This document shows, piece by piece, positions 28,408-44,472 of a stretch of 64,000 nucleotides of DNA. A model generated the notes under the pieces. That model searched no databases. It had not been told where the DNA came from and worked only from the letters and a program-made list of their open reading frames with translations. The position numbers and the translations under genes are program-made. Within the stretch, counting starts at the first letter, position 1. Every line of letters starts with the position of its first letter. This stretch comes from the human T2T-CHM13v2.0 reference genome, Homo sapiens. The stretch is taken from the NCBI RefSeq assembly GCF_009914755.1, contig NC_060939.1; one strand, written 5' to 3'.

Positions 28408-28991
28408 AGTATTTCTCTGGAAAACAATAAACAATAACAAGACAACTCAATATCAAAGAAAAGTAGGAGCATAATACTATCATAATTCTAAATAGCACAA
28501 CTGGGAACGTACGTTATACCAACTTTACTAATTGCAGTCAATTTTCAACTGATCTAATATTAGCAATTTCATGTGGTACCATCCACAAGTTAATCAACAA
28601 TACTTACTGAGAATTTACTATATGCTAAGATCTGTCTCGTATCTGTACAAACAGATATCCTGAAAACTCACTTGAAATATGAAATTCATTGATTCCAAAG
28701 ACCCTAGTGGAGGAGGAATCTGGTGTCATACTATTATTTTTTTAATCCATAAAAATGTATGCTTTCCCCCATGTTACAGTTACATATATTATGTTGTGAA
28801 GACGTGTTAAGTGGATCCTTGATAAACTTTTTGAACTAAATCTTTAATATGGTACAACCAAAGTTCAGCACTGAAATACATGTTTTTCAATGATTCTAAC
28901 TTTTAAAAGTTAAAACTTGCCTACATTTGTTATATATTATTTTGAAGTTTCAAGAGGCTTTTATGTTTGTGATAAATAACAACAACTAACA

Positions 28992-28997
28992 TTTATT
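28992..28997 (-). terminator. PYGO1: Candidate proximal polyadenylation signal of PYGO1 (AATAAA)
   Basis: first canonical hexamer I found after the stop (~220 nt), followed by GU-rich tgttagttgttgttattt on the minus strand. Confidence 0.5.
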
Positions 28998-29213
28998 TAT
29001 GTTTCTAAAGCACCCCCATATACATTATTCTCATTTAAGACAGCAAGCAAAGACAATAAAAAATTTGCTCTAGTGATGAAGTGATTAATAAAAACTAAGT
29101 AAATAATGTTTTTGTGTATGCATTTAAAAAAATAATGTAAAACATTAAAATCCTGTGTCAATGAACTTCTGCAATGCACAGGAAAATAAACCCACTTTAG
29201 TTAATGCCTTTGA

Positions 29214-30338
29214 TTAAGCATCACTGCCCACTGCAGATGGACCAAAAGTTTCTCTAGTACGCATTAACTGGACATCTTTGTCAGCCATACAGGTATCACA
29301 GCCCCATACTGCAGATGCTTCTGCAGTTAAGAGGCCATAAGCTGTTTCAGTCATTCCAGTACAGATCCGATGAAACCATTTCTGACAAGAGGCCTCACAT
29401 AAGATGGCATCCTGATCATCGTTCACCTCGTTTGTACAAATTCCACAAGGATACACTGGGTCAGAAGACGAATGGCCATGACGGTTTGGGTGAAGAGAGG
29501 ATTTATTGCTTTTTTCTGTGGTGCAGGCATCTGCTGCACCTCTTGGTTGTCGTGGCTTATTCTGCGTCCCATTTGCAGGGTTATTGTTTGTGGCTTCAGT
29601 GCTACTTGAACGGCTGTTCTCCTGATTTACTGCATTGTTTCGATTAACATTTTTTAATTCAATATTACTCTGATTCACTGTGTCATCCATATTCAAGTGA
29701 GGTGGATGAGCAGAGGAATTTTGATTAGTGTTTTTGGTTGCTCCTTGAGTAAAGTCTTGTTTTGGGGGTGGTGCTTTTGCTTGACCAAAAGTGTTTGGGG
29801 GAGGAATAAAAGAATGATTAGATTCTAACGGAGAAGTAAAATTTGAATTATTTCCAGGAACAAAATTAGATGCCAAATCGGGGTTAGAAACTTGGCTAGC
29901 ATTCTGTGGAGGAATTTGACTGAAATTTTCAGCAGGATTTTGTCTAAAATGTTGATTAGGCATGTTGACATTCTGACTTAGTGCATTATTATAAGATGGA
30001 TTACCGAAACTTGAATTATCATGTGGCCCAAAGTTAAAAGCATGAGGTCGATTAAAACCCATGCCCAGAGGATTCTGAGGAAATGGGTGTGGCTGGTTCC
30101 TGAGTGAGTAAGGACCACAGTATGGGGAAGACATTCTTGGGGGAACGTGAGGTGGCATTCTGAATGTACTATAGCCTCCAAAGCCAGGATAACCAGGGCC
30201 AAGATATGGATTTGACGAAGGTAGTGGTTTATAGGAAATAGTATTATAGTTGTCATCAAATGGATTAGCAGCCACTAGATGGTCAGAGTTTGGATTCGGT
30301 GGTGGAGCATACTCAGACAATGGAGGGAAAGAAGGTCC
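29214..30338 (-). CDS. PYGO1: Pygopus homolog 1, terminal coding exon (374 codons plus stop): NPF-motif N-terminal homology domain, Asn/Pro-rich linker, C-terminal PHD finger
   Basis: ORF 29214-30320 extends in frame to the acceptor ttctcatttcag|GGA CCT TCT (GPSFPPLSEY); ANPFDD motif; C4HC3 PHD YPCGIC...CEASC..WFHRIC...WGCDTC; stop TAA. Confidence 0.98.
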   Translation of the reverse strand, partial: GPSFPPLSEYAPPPNPNSDHLVAANPFDDNYNTISYKPLPSSNPYLGPGYPGFGGYSTFRMPPHVPPRMSSPYCGPYSLRNQPHPFPQNPLGMGFNRPHAFNFGPHDNSSFGNPSYNNALSQNVNMPNQHFRQNPAENFSQIPPQNASQVSNPDLASNFVPGNNSNFTSPLESNHSFIPPPNTFGQAKAPPPKQDFTQGATKNTNQNSSAHPPHLNMDDTVNQSNIELKNVNRNNAVNQENSRSSSTEATNNNPANGTQNKPRQPRGAADACTTEKSNKSSLHPNRHGHSSSDPVYPCGICTNEVNDDQDAILCEASCQKWFHRICTGMTETAYGLLTAEASAVWGCDTCMADKDVQLMRTRETFGPSAVGSDA

Positions 30339-31187
30339 CTGAAATGAGAATGTAAAGTAAAATACATGTTTTCGATCAAATACATTATTAAAATTGTCCT
30401 GTTACCTTAATACCTGTGAACCTAGTATTAGTCAAATTTCTCTTGCAGTGTTAACAAACATTTATTATCTTCACTTGACCTTTCAATTTTGACTAATGTT
30501 TATATTTAATTATACTTGCTGATAAAAATATTTAGTTTTATTTCATTTCCAAAAGAAAATAAAGTATGATTTTCTGAGCTCAAATCCATTGTAACTTCAA
30601 AAACCAAAAGTATTTAACTTTCAAAAGAAGCTTCATTATCCTAATTTTCATTTAATATGCTTACCTATAACTCTAGAAACTTTCACTTAAATACTAAAGC
30701 AGTCTAACCTAAAATACCTCTCATACACCAAACAGTCATAAAGTTAAATAACAACAATCAGAATCTAAGTTTTTCCCCTAGCTTAACTTCAGGGAGATAC
30801 AATTAAAATATTTCCAAAACATTAAGTTCTGGGCCTCAGACTGAAAAAATAAACTGCCAGTTTTAGTCACACTGCAAGTTTAACAGATGGTGGTCAAAAT
30901 GATAAAAAGATCAGTAATCTGTACACACATACTTACTAGTAGCCTTTATCATAGAAAGAGTGCTTCAAATTTATAAAGAATAAAACAGTGAGAGCCTGTA
31001 TATATAATTGCTTGTTACAACCACAAGTTATAACAAAAAAAGGCCTCCATCATGATTGCTTCGTGATATGCACATAATACTAAATCACTATTATAGTTGA
31101 ACAATTATTTCAGGTTAAAATTGTTACTATATATTTTGAAATCTTTTAATAGAACTGCAGGCATTCATGCCCTTTAAAAACCTTTAA

Positions 31188-31556
<369 letters not shown>

Positions 31557-31616
31557 TAGTCTATGCCTATAGTCTAACAATAGCCACTAGTTACAGACTT
31601 AAACAAAAAAAAATAC

Positions 31617-31920
<304 letters not shown>

Positions 31921-32079
31921 AAAGTACCATCACTGGAATGATTGATTGAAAGTACAATGAATGATTGAAAGTACAATCACTTGAATAGAAAACAAAACTT
32001 ATGACCAAGTTCAAATTTACCTCATCAGCCTGACCATACTAGCAAAGAAAAACTTTTATTAAAGAAAATGTCAGTTTAC

Positions 32080-32165
32080 CTGTGTATTTGCCTTGCGCTT
32101 TTTCTTATCTGGGCTTCCTAGTTGTACACCTGGTCCTCCTAACCCATCCAGTCCACTATCACCAC
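32080..32165 (-). CDS. PYGO1: PYGO1 internal coding exon (86 nt): (G)GDSGLDGLGGPGVQLGSPDKKKRKANTQ, including the basic NLS
   Basis: acceptor (T)13-ag|GTGGTGAT, donor ACACAG|gtaaac; phase-0 join to the terminal exon gives KANTQ-GPSFPP, as I recall for PYGO1. Confidence 0.96.
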
Positions 32166-33404
32166 CTAAAAAAAAAAAAATTCAGGTAATATTTCCCACT
32201 TGTAAGTGAAGTTACTTTATATCTCATAGTAATATCTATTATATTTACCTGTTAATGTTTTCTATTTTCGTTAGACAAGAGCAATACTTTTATTATCATT
32301 ATCTGTTTCAAAAAAGTCTTTCCCATAGTTTGAGCCAGAAATAGCCATTCATCCCTGCTCCCATATTTATTATTCTTTCAGTGAAAAAGCAAGTCTCTCT
32401 CTCTCACTCTAAAATCTTTAGTAACTGGTTCCCTGTCTCAGAGGCCACCACTATTACTAGTTTCTGGCCTACCTTTCCAAAGATAATCTAGATATATTAA
32501 AGTATATTATTATTATTTTTTTGGCGGGGAGGACACAAATGAGACAAAGTACACACAGTACACACAGTGTACCTTGCTTTCTTACTTGGAGATCATTCCA
32601 TATCACTCTATTTAGAACTTCTTTATTTTGTAATAGCTGAGTAGTATTCTACAGTGTGACTACACCATGATTCATTAAACTAGTCCCCTCCATATTGATC
32701 AATGTTTAAGTTGTTTCCAAGCCTCTGCTGTTGCTGCAATAAAAATCCATGTATAAATGCCTTTAGAGAGATTTACAAGTAGCTCCTAGAACCAGAATTA
32801 TGGCATCAAAGGTATGTGCCTTTTAATTCTTAAAGATAATGTTAAAAATGCAACAATGTTTCCAAATATTGCTTTCTCAACAGTACATGATCAAGGAAAG
32901 CAAAAGCTTGACTATCAATCTAAGAGGTTAAAAAGAGTTTATGAAAGGAATTTTTCCAGCTTTAAGAAACATTTTATTATGGAGAATTCTGAACATATAC
33001 AACATACAGAGAAGAATGAAATTAACCCCATATGCCTATCACCCAGCCCTAATAACCATCACATCTCATCTTGTGTTTTCAACACCATCTTCACCTCTCT
33101 CCATCCAGTACTACTTTGAAGAAAATTTCAGACATCATTTTATTGGTAAATATTTCAGAATGTATTTCTAAAAACTAGGAACTTAAAAAAAATACAATGC
33201 CATTCTAGCCACTACAGAAATTAACAATAATCCTTCATATAATTTCATACCCAATCCAATTATCTCATAATATCTGTATGGTTTGTTTAGATTGGGATCC
33301 AAATATGTTCCATAGATTACAACTGGTTTGACATGTCTTTTAATTGATATACTTCCCTCCATCCTGTTTTTTCCTTGCAAAGTATTAACTGAACCAGGCT
33401 GATT

Positions 33405-33955
33405 ATTGTTCCAATTATTAAGCTACCATCTTTTAGCTCCAACCCCTCTTAGTGACACTGGAACTGGGACTTTGCAAACTACATTTTTCTTTTGCTAGGG
33501 TCTTCCAACGGGAGCTCTAGAGGGATACTTGAAGGCCAGGGGAAGTGATAGGAAATTTCTGCCCCTCCTGTCTGCTTACTCTTCTTATCTCTATCATCCC
33601 AACAGGCCTTCTCTCTGGCACTGGTAGTCCATCCCACTCCCCAAACCAGCTTCAACATGTTTTCTCAGAGGTTATTAATACCAGCTGGGCAGCACCTCAA
33701 TCTCCAAGTCTGAGTCCAAGCTCTATGGCATCTCTCTTCCAATCCTCCAGGTTCTCATAACCCCAACTTCTTTTCTTTGTTCACTAAGTCCCAGATGTGG
33801 AAGTTCCTTCCTGCAGTCACTGTCCATGCTACCTCACTTTTTGCTTTTTTGGTTTTTCAACACCTGTTTAATTCCTTACATAAAATTATATTACAAATTA
33901 TATTACATTAAATTGCAGGTGTGATTTATATTTTCTAGTCTGGAATGTTTGATAT
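33405..33955 (+). mobile_element. ERVL solo LTR (LTR33-like)
   Basis: tagctccaacccctc...gggactttgcaaactacattt...gctctagaggga resembles LTR33. Confidence 0.6.
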
Positions 33956-34037
33956 ATCTTGATTTTGCTGATTATATTTGCTGATTGACATGTTTAACAT
34001 GTTCCTTATTTCCTATAAATTGATATTGGGTCTAGAC

Positions 34038-34359
34038 CAGTGATCCCCAACCTTTCTGACACCAGGGACCAGTGGTGGGGGATGGGAGGTGGCGATGGTT
34101 GTGGAATGAAACTGTTCCACCTCAGATCATCAAGCATTAGATTCCCATAAGAAATGCACAACCTAGATCCCTCGCATGCACAGTTCACAATAGGGTTCAC
34201 CCTCCTATGAGAATCTAATGCTGCTGCTGCTGATCTGTCAGGAGGCGGAGCTCAGGCAGTAATGCTCGCTCACCCGCCAGTCACCTCCTGCTGTGTGGCC
34301 TGGTTCCTAACAGGGCATGGACTAGTACCAGTCCGTGGCCCAGGGGTTGGGGATCCCTG
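34038..34359. mobile_element. MER1B (hAT-Charlie)
   Basis: TIRs cagtgatccccaacc / ggttggggatccctg; 8-bp TSD GTCTAGAC / GTCAAGAC. Confidence 0.92.
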
Positions 34360-34477
34360 GTCAAGACTATAGGCTTGATCAGATTCAGATTTCTGTTTTT
34401 TTGCAAGGCTGCTCCATAAGTGATGGTCTGTTCTTCCACTAGAAGGAACCTAATTTCTGGTTGATTTTCTTTAACAG

Positions 34478-34548
34478 TTGCATTAATTTTCTATTGCTGT
34501 ATAACAAATTACCACATACTTGCTTTGCCACTTAAAACAATGTCCACT
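34478..34548 (-). mobile_element. MLT1-type LTR, left piece
   Basis: ttctattgctgtataacaaattaccaca...cttaaaacaa; appears to continue at ~47915. Confidence 0.7.
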
Positions 34549-34549
34549 T

Positions 34550-35207
<658 letters not shown>

Positions 35208-35242
35208 GGAGGGGTCAAGGTGGCTGATTAGAAGCAGCTGTG

Positions 35243-35552
35243 GGCCAGGCACAGTGGCTCACACCGGTAATCCCAACACTTTGGGAGGCCGAGGCAGGCA
35301 GATCACTTGAGGTCAGGAGTTCGAGACCAGCCTGGCAAACATGGCGAAACCCCGTCTCTACTAAAAATACAAAAATTAGCCAGGTATAATGGCAGGCACC
35401 TGTAATCCCAGCTACTTGGGAGGCTAAGGCAGGGAGAATTGCTTGAGTCTGGGACGCAGAGGTTCCACTGAGTTGAGATCGCACCACTGCACTGCACTCC
35501 AGCCTGGGCAAAAGAGCGAGACTCTGTCTCCAAAAAAAAAAAAAAAAAAAAA
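35243..35552 (+). mobile_element. AluSx-like
   Basis: complete Alu near the L1 5' end. Confidence 0.92.
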
Positions 35553-36569
35553 AGGTAGGGGGAGCTGTGGTCCATGGCTCTCAGGGAGAAGAATGAAAAT
35601 GGTGTGTGAATTAAGCACCTTCAACTGAAATATCCAGGTTCTCACAATGGGACTGACCAAGTGAACAACTTGACCCACAGAGAATGAAGAAAAATGGGGT
35701 AGGGCAATCGCCCGCCCAGGAGCAGCATGGAGCCAAAAAAAAAGCCCCACCTCCAGCCAAGGGAAGCAGTGAGTGATTGTGTGACCCCATCCAGGAAACC
35801 ACACTTCTCCCACAGATCTTTGCAACCCACAGATCAGGGGATCTCCTCGTGAGCCCATGCCACCAGGGCCTTGGGTCCGATATACAGAGCTGTGTATGCA
35901 GAGTCTCAGTAGAGCAGCCACTCAGGCACACACAGAGACCCAGGAGTTTTACATACTCCGGCCCCAGAAGTCCCTGCAAAGATGAAAAAGAATCCTGCAA
36001 GGCAAAAGATCCACCCATACATTCCCTAGGAAGGGTGCTGAATTCAGGGAGCCAAGCAGCATTGTTCTGCGGGCCCCACTTCCATGGCACCTCCCAAGTT
36101 AAGATCCACTGACTTGGAATTCCAGCCACCAGCATCAACAGACTGGAGACTGGCTGAGACAGAGCAAGTTCCTGGGGGAGGGGTGGCCGCCATCTCTGCA
36201 GTTGACTCAGCTGTTCTAGCCTGCTGGCACTGGGGAGTCCAGGCAGTCTGGACGAAGGGGAGTGCTCTACAATGCAGCACAGCTGCTGTGCCAGATCATG
36301 GCCAGACTACTTCCTTAAGTGGGACCCTGATCCATCACTTCTCACAGAGCAAGGCCTCCCTGTGGGAATTTCCAAGCAGGGTTATACAAGCAGAACTCTG
36401 AACTCTCCCCATGATGGAGCCCCTGGGGAAAGGGGCAGCTGCTGTCTCTGCAGTTCAGTAGACAGTCTTTCCTGCCTGCTGGCTCTGAAGAATCTAGGCA
36501 GTCTGGACAAAGAAGGATTCCCCCCAGTGCAGTACAACTGCTCTATCAAAAAGCAGCCAGACTGCTTCC

Positions 36570-36880
36570 TTTTTTTTTTTTTTTAAGAAGGAGTTTCGCT
36601 CTGTTGCCAGGCTGGAGTGCAGTGGCGTAGCCTTGGCTCACTGCAACCTCTGCCTCCTGGGCTCAAGCGATCCTCCTGCCTCAGCCTCTTGATTGGCTGG
36701 AATTACAGGCACTTGCCACCACCACCACTTGCCACCACCACTAACTTTTTTTGTATTTTTAGTACAGATGGGGTTTCGCCATGTTGGCCAGGCTGGTCTC
36801 AAACTCCTGACCTCAAGTGATCTACCCACCTCAGCCTCCCAAAGTGCTGGGATTACAGGTGTGAGCCAACGCGCCCAGCC
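36570..36880 (-). mobile_element. AluS-like
   Basis: complete antisense Alu with an internal cacttgccaccacca duplication. Confidence 0.9.
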
Positions 36881-37352
36881 TCTAGACAGTGGTGAAACCT
36901 CTGAACCGGGGTCTCCAGATACCTCCTATAGAAGCACTCAAGCCAGCAATAGGTCAGGACTGCCCTGGGAAGGAGCTCCCAGAGGAAGGAGCAGGCTGCC
37001 ACCTTTGCTGTTACGCAGCCTTCACTGGTAATATCTCCAGGTACAGGAAAAACTGAGGCAACTAGGGTCAGGAGCAGACCCCCAGCAAACTGCAGCAGCC
37101 CTACAGAAGTATGGCCTGAATGTTAAAAGAAAAACAAACAAACAGAAGCAATGTCAACAACAATATCAACAAAAAAGACCCCACAAAAACCCCATCCAAA
37201 GGTCAGCAACCTCAAAGAGCAAAGGTAGATAAGCCCAAAAAGATGAGAAAGAATCAACACAAAAACGCTTAAAACTCAAAAAAACAGAGTGCCTCTTCTC
37301 CTCCTAATGATCACAGCACTTCTCCAGCAAGGGCACTGAACTGGACTGAGGC

Positions 37353-37776
<424 letters not shown>

Positions 37777-38680
37777 TCATGATAAAACAATACAGGTGCT
37801 GATAACCAGAAGAGCCAGTTTAAAGAGGAATATAGGTGACATGATGGAGCTGAAAAACACAACATGAGAACCTCATGATGTAATTACAAGTGTCAACAGC
37901 AGAACAGACCAAGCAAAGGAAAGAATCTCAGAGCTTGAAGATAATCATTCTGAAATAAGAAAGGCAGACAAGAATAGAGAAAAAGGAAAGAACTAAACCT
38001 CCAAGGAATATGGAATTATGTAAAGAATAAATCTACAACTCATTGGTTTCCCTGAAAAAGGGGGAGAATGGAACCAAGTCGGAAAACATACTTCAGGATA
38101 TCATCCAGGAGAACATCCCCAACCTAGCAAGACAGGCCAACATTCAAAATTCAGGAAATCCAGAGAACCCCAGTAAAATAATGCACAAGAGATCAACCCC
38201 AAGATACATAATCATCAGATTCTCTGAGGTCAAGATGAAAAAAAAAATGTTATGGGCTGCCAGAGAGAAAGGCCAGGTCGCCTACAAAGGGAAACCAATC
38301 AGACTAACAGTAGACCTCTCAGCAGAAACCCTACATGCCACAAGGGATTGAGGACCAATGTTCAACATTCTTAAAGAAAAAATTTCCAACCAAGAATTTC
38401 ATATCCGACCAAACTAAGCTTTATAAGCAAAGGAGGAATAAGATCGTTTTCAGATAAGCAAACCCTGAGGGAATTCGTCACCACTGAGCCTGCCTTGCAA
38501 GAGCTCCTGAAGGAAGCACTAAATATGGAAAGGAAAAACTGTTGCCAGCCAGTACAAAAGCACTGAGGTACATGACCAATGAAGCAACCACATAAACAAG
38601 CCTGCAAATTAACCAGCTAACATCATGATGACAGGATCAAATTCACATATAACAATATTAACCTTAAATGTAAATGGAGT

Positions 38681-38846
38681 GGGGTGGGGGGAGGGGGGAG
38701 GGATAGCATTAGGAGATATACCTAATGCTAAATGACGAGTTAATGGGTGCAGCATACCAACATGGCACATGTATACATATGTAACAAACCTGCACGTTGT
38801 GCACATGTACCCTAAAACTTAAAGTATAATAATAAAATTTTTTAAA
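38681..38846 (+). mobile_element. Young L1PA (L1PA2/3-like) 3' tip, 166 bp
   Basis: gggatagcattaggagatatacctaatgctaaatgacgag...cttaaagtataataat; 15-bp TSD AAATGTAAATGGAGT at 38666-38680 and 38847-38861. Confidence 0.92.
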
Positions 38847-40246
38847 AAATGTAAATGGAGTAAATGGCCCAATTAAAAGGCACAGAATGGCAAGCTGGAT
38901 AAAGAGTTAAGTCTCATCGTTATGCTGTCTCCGAAAGACACATCTCACAGGCAAAGACACACATAGGCTCAAAATAAAAGGAGGGAGGAAAATTTATCAA
39001 GAAAATGAAAAACAGAAAAAAGCAGGGGTTGCAATACTAGTTTGTGACAAAACAGAGATCAAAAAAGGGCATTACATAACGGTAAAAAGTTCAATTCAAC
39101 AAGAATAGCTAACTATCCTAAATATATTTGCACCCAACACAGGAGCACCGAGATTCATACAGCAAGTTTTTAGAGACCTACAAAGAGACTCAGACTCCCA
39201 CAAAATAATACTGGGAGACTTTAACACCCCACTGACAATATCAGACAGATTATCGAGACACAAAATTAACAAAGATATTCAGGACCTGCACTCAGCTCTG
39301 GGTCAAGAGGACCTGATAGATATATACAGAATTTTCCACCCAAAAACAACAGAATTTACATTCTTTTCATCGACACATGGCACTTACTCTAAAATTGATC
39401 ACAATCGGAAGTAAAACACTCCTTAGCAAATGCAAAAGAACAGAAATCATAACAGTCTCTCACACCACAGCGCAATCAAATGAGAACTCAAAACTAAGAA
39501 ATTCACTGAAAACCATACAACTACATGAAAACTGAACAACCTGCTCCTGAATGACTCCCGGGTAAATACTGAAATTAACACAGAAATCAAGTTCTTCGAA
39601 ACTAATGAGAACAAAGAGACAATGTACCAGAATCTCTGGGATGCAGCTAATGCAGTGTTAAGAGGGACATTTATAGCACTAAATGCCCACATCAAAAAGC
39701 TCGAAAGATCTCAAATTACCAAGCTAACATCACAACTAAAAGAACTGGAGAACCAAGGGCAAACAAACCCCAAAGGTAGCAGAAGAAAAGAAATAAGCAA
39801 AATCAGAGCAGAACTGAAGGAGACAGAGACACAAAAAACCCTTCAAAAAAAAAAATCAATAAAGCCAGGTTGGTATTTCGAAAAAATTAATAAAAGAGAC
39901 TGCTAGCTAGACTAATAAAGAAAAAAGAACCAAATAGACACAATCAGAAATGAAAAGGGGGATATCACCACTGACCCCACAGAAATACAATACAGAAATA
40001 CAATCACCAGAGAATATTATAAGCACCTCTATGCACATATACTAAAAAAAAAACTGGAACAAATAAATTCCTAGGCACATACATCCTCCCAAGACTGAAC
40101 CAGGAAGAAACTGAATTAAAGAATAGTAACAAGTTCTGAAATTGAGGCAGTAATAAATAGCCTACCAACCCAAAGAAGCCCGGGACCAGACAGATTTACA
40201 GCCAAATTCTACCAGAGGTACAACTGAAACTGTTCCAAAGAAATGA

Positions 40247-42810
<2,564 letters not shown>

Positions 42811-43841
42811 AGAAATGAAAAGGAGGGACTCCTCCCTAACTCATTTTATGAGGCTAGCATCATCCTGATAACAAAACCTGGCAGAGATAAAACAAAAAGA
42901 GAAAACTTCAGGCTAATATTCCTGATGAACATTGATGTAAAAACCCTCAATAAAATACTGGCAAACCAAATCCAGCAGCACATCAAAAAGTTTACGCACC
43001 ATGATCAATTTGGCTTAATCTCTGAGAATGCAAGCTTGATTCAACAGATGAAAATCAATAAATATAATTCATAAACAGAACTAAGACAAAAAACACATGA
43101 TTATCTCAGTAGATGCAGAACAGGCCTTCAATAAAATTTAACACCCTTCGCGTTGAAAACTCAATAAACTAGGTATTGAACAAACATACTTAAAAATAAT
43201 AATAACCATATATATGACAAACCCACAGCTGATTATCATACTGAATGGGCAAAAGCTGGAAGCATTCCCCTTGAAAACTGGCAAAAGACAAGGATGCTCT
43301 CTCTCACCACTCCTATTAAATATAGTACTCAAAGTTCTAGTCAGGGCAATCAGGCAAGAGAAAGAAATAAAGTGTATTCAAATAGGATGATAATAAGTCA
43401 AATTATCTTTGTTTGTAGATGACATGATATATCTAGAAAACCCCATCGTCTCAGCTCAAAAGCTTCTTAAGCTGATAAGCAACTTCAGCAAAATCTCAGG
43501 ATATAAAATCAGTGTAAAAAAATTGCAAGCATTACTATACACCAACAACAACCAAGCAGAGAACAAAATCATGAATGAACTCCCATTCACAATTGCTAGA
43601 GATAATATACTACCTAGGAATACAGCTAACAAGAGAGGTAAAGGACCTCTTCAAGGAGAACTACAAACTACTGCTCAAGGAAATAAGAGAGGACACAAAC
43701 AAATGGAAAAACATTCCATCCTCATGGATAGGAAGAATCAGTATTGTGAAAATGGCCATACTGCCCAAAGTAATTTATAGACTTGATGCTATTCTCATCA
43801 AACTACCATTGACATTCTTCACAGAATTAGAAAACACTACT

Positions 43842-44137
43842 AGCTGGGCACAGTGGCCCACACCTATAATCCCAGCACTTTGGGAGGCTGAGGTGGGCAG
43901 ATCACAAGGTCAGGAGTTTGAGATCAGCCTGGCCAACATGGTGAAACCCTGTCTCTACTAAAAAATACAAAAATTAGCCAGGCATGGTGGTACACACCTG
44001 CAGTCTCAGCTACTCGGGAGGCTGAGGCAGCAGAATTGCTTGAACCTGTGTTGCAGTGAGCCGAGATCATGCCACTGCACTCCAGCCTGGGCGACAGAGC
44101 AAGACTCTATCTCAAAAACAAACAAACAAACAAACAA
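43842..44137 (+). mobile_element. AluS-like
   Basis: dimeric Alu with a (CAAA)n tail. Confidence 0.9.
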
Positions 44138-44472
44138 ACCCCACTACTTTAAAGTTCATATGGAACCAGAAAAGAGCCCAAATAGCCAAGACAATCCCAA
44201 GCAAAAAGAACAAAGGTGGAGGCATCACACTACCTAGCTTCAAACTATACTACAAGGCTACAGTAACCAAAACAGCATGGTACTTATACAAAAACAGACA
44301 TACAGAACAACGAAACAGAAGAGAGAACTCAGAAATAAGACCACACACCTACAACCATCTGATCTTTGATAAATCTGACAAAAATCTGCAATGGGGAATA
44401 GATTCTCTATTTAATAAATGGTGATGGTAGAACTGGCTAGCCATATGCAGAAAACTGAAACTGGACCCCTTC

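Larger units (their letters stand above)
27348..28585 (-). mobile_element. Full-length-sized decayed mariner (Tc1/mariner) DNA transposon
   Basis: TIR cores gtaccatatgaaattgct (27355-27372) and agcaatttcatgtggtac (28562-28579) are 17/18 inverted; TA at 27346-27347; transposase relic between them. Confidence 0.9.

Noticed and set aside
29315-30259. Alternative-frame and antisense ORFs overlapping PYGO1 (29315-29647 +, 29978-30259 -)
   Set aside because: Shadow ORFs of the real exon; no recognisable motifs.
30318-30320. Start 'M' of the 368-aa ORF in the track
   Set aside because: It is a TTG Leu codon inside the exon; the frame continues to the acceptor at 30338 and joins exon 2.
31921-31986. 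Short imperfect repeats (gattgaaagtacaat, aaagtac.atcact.gaat) that superficially recall a CRISPR repeat end
   Set aside because: Only 2-3 overlapping units with no spacers, in a primate intron; local slippage next to an Alu tail.
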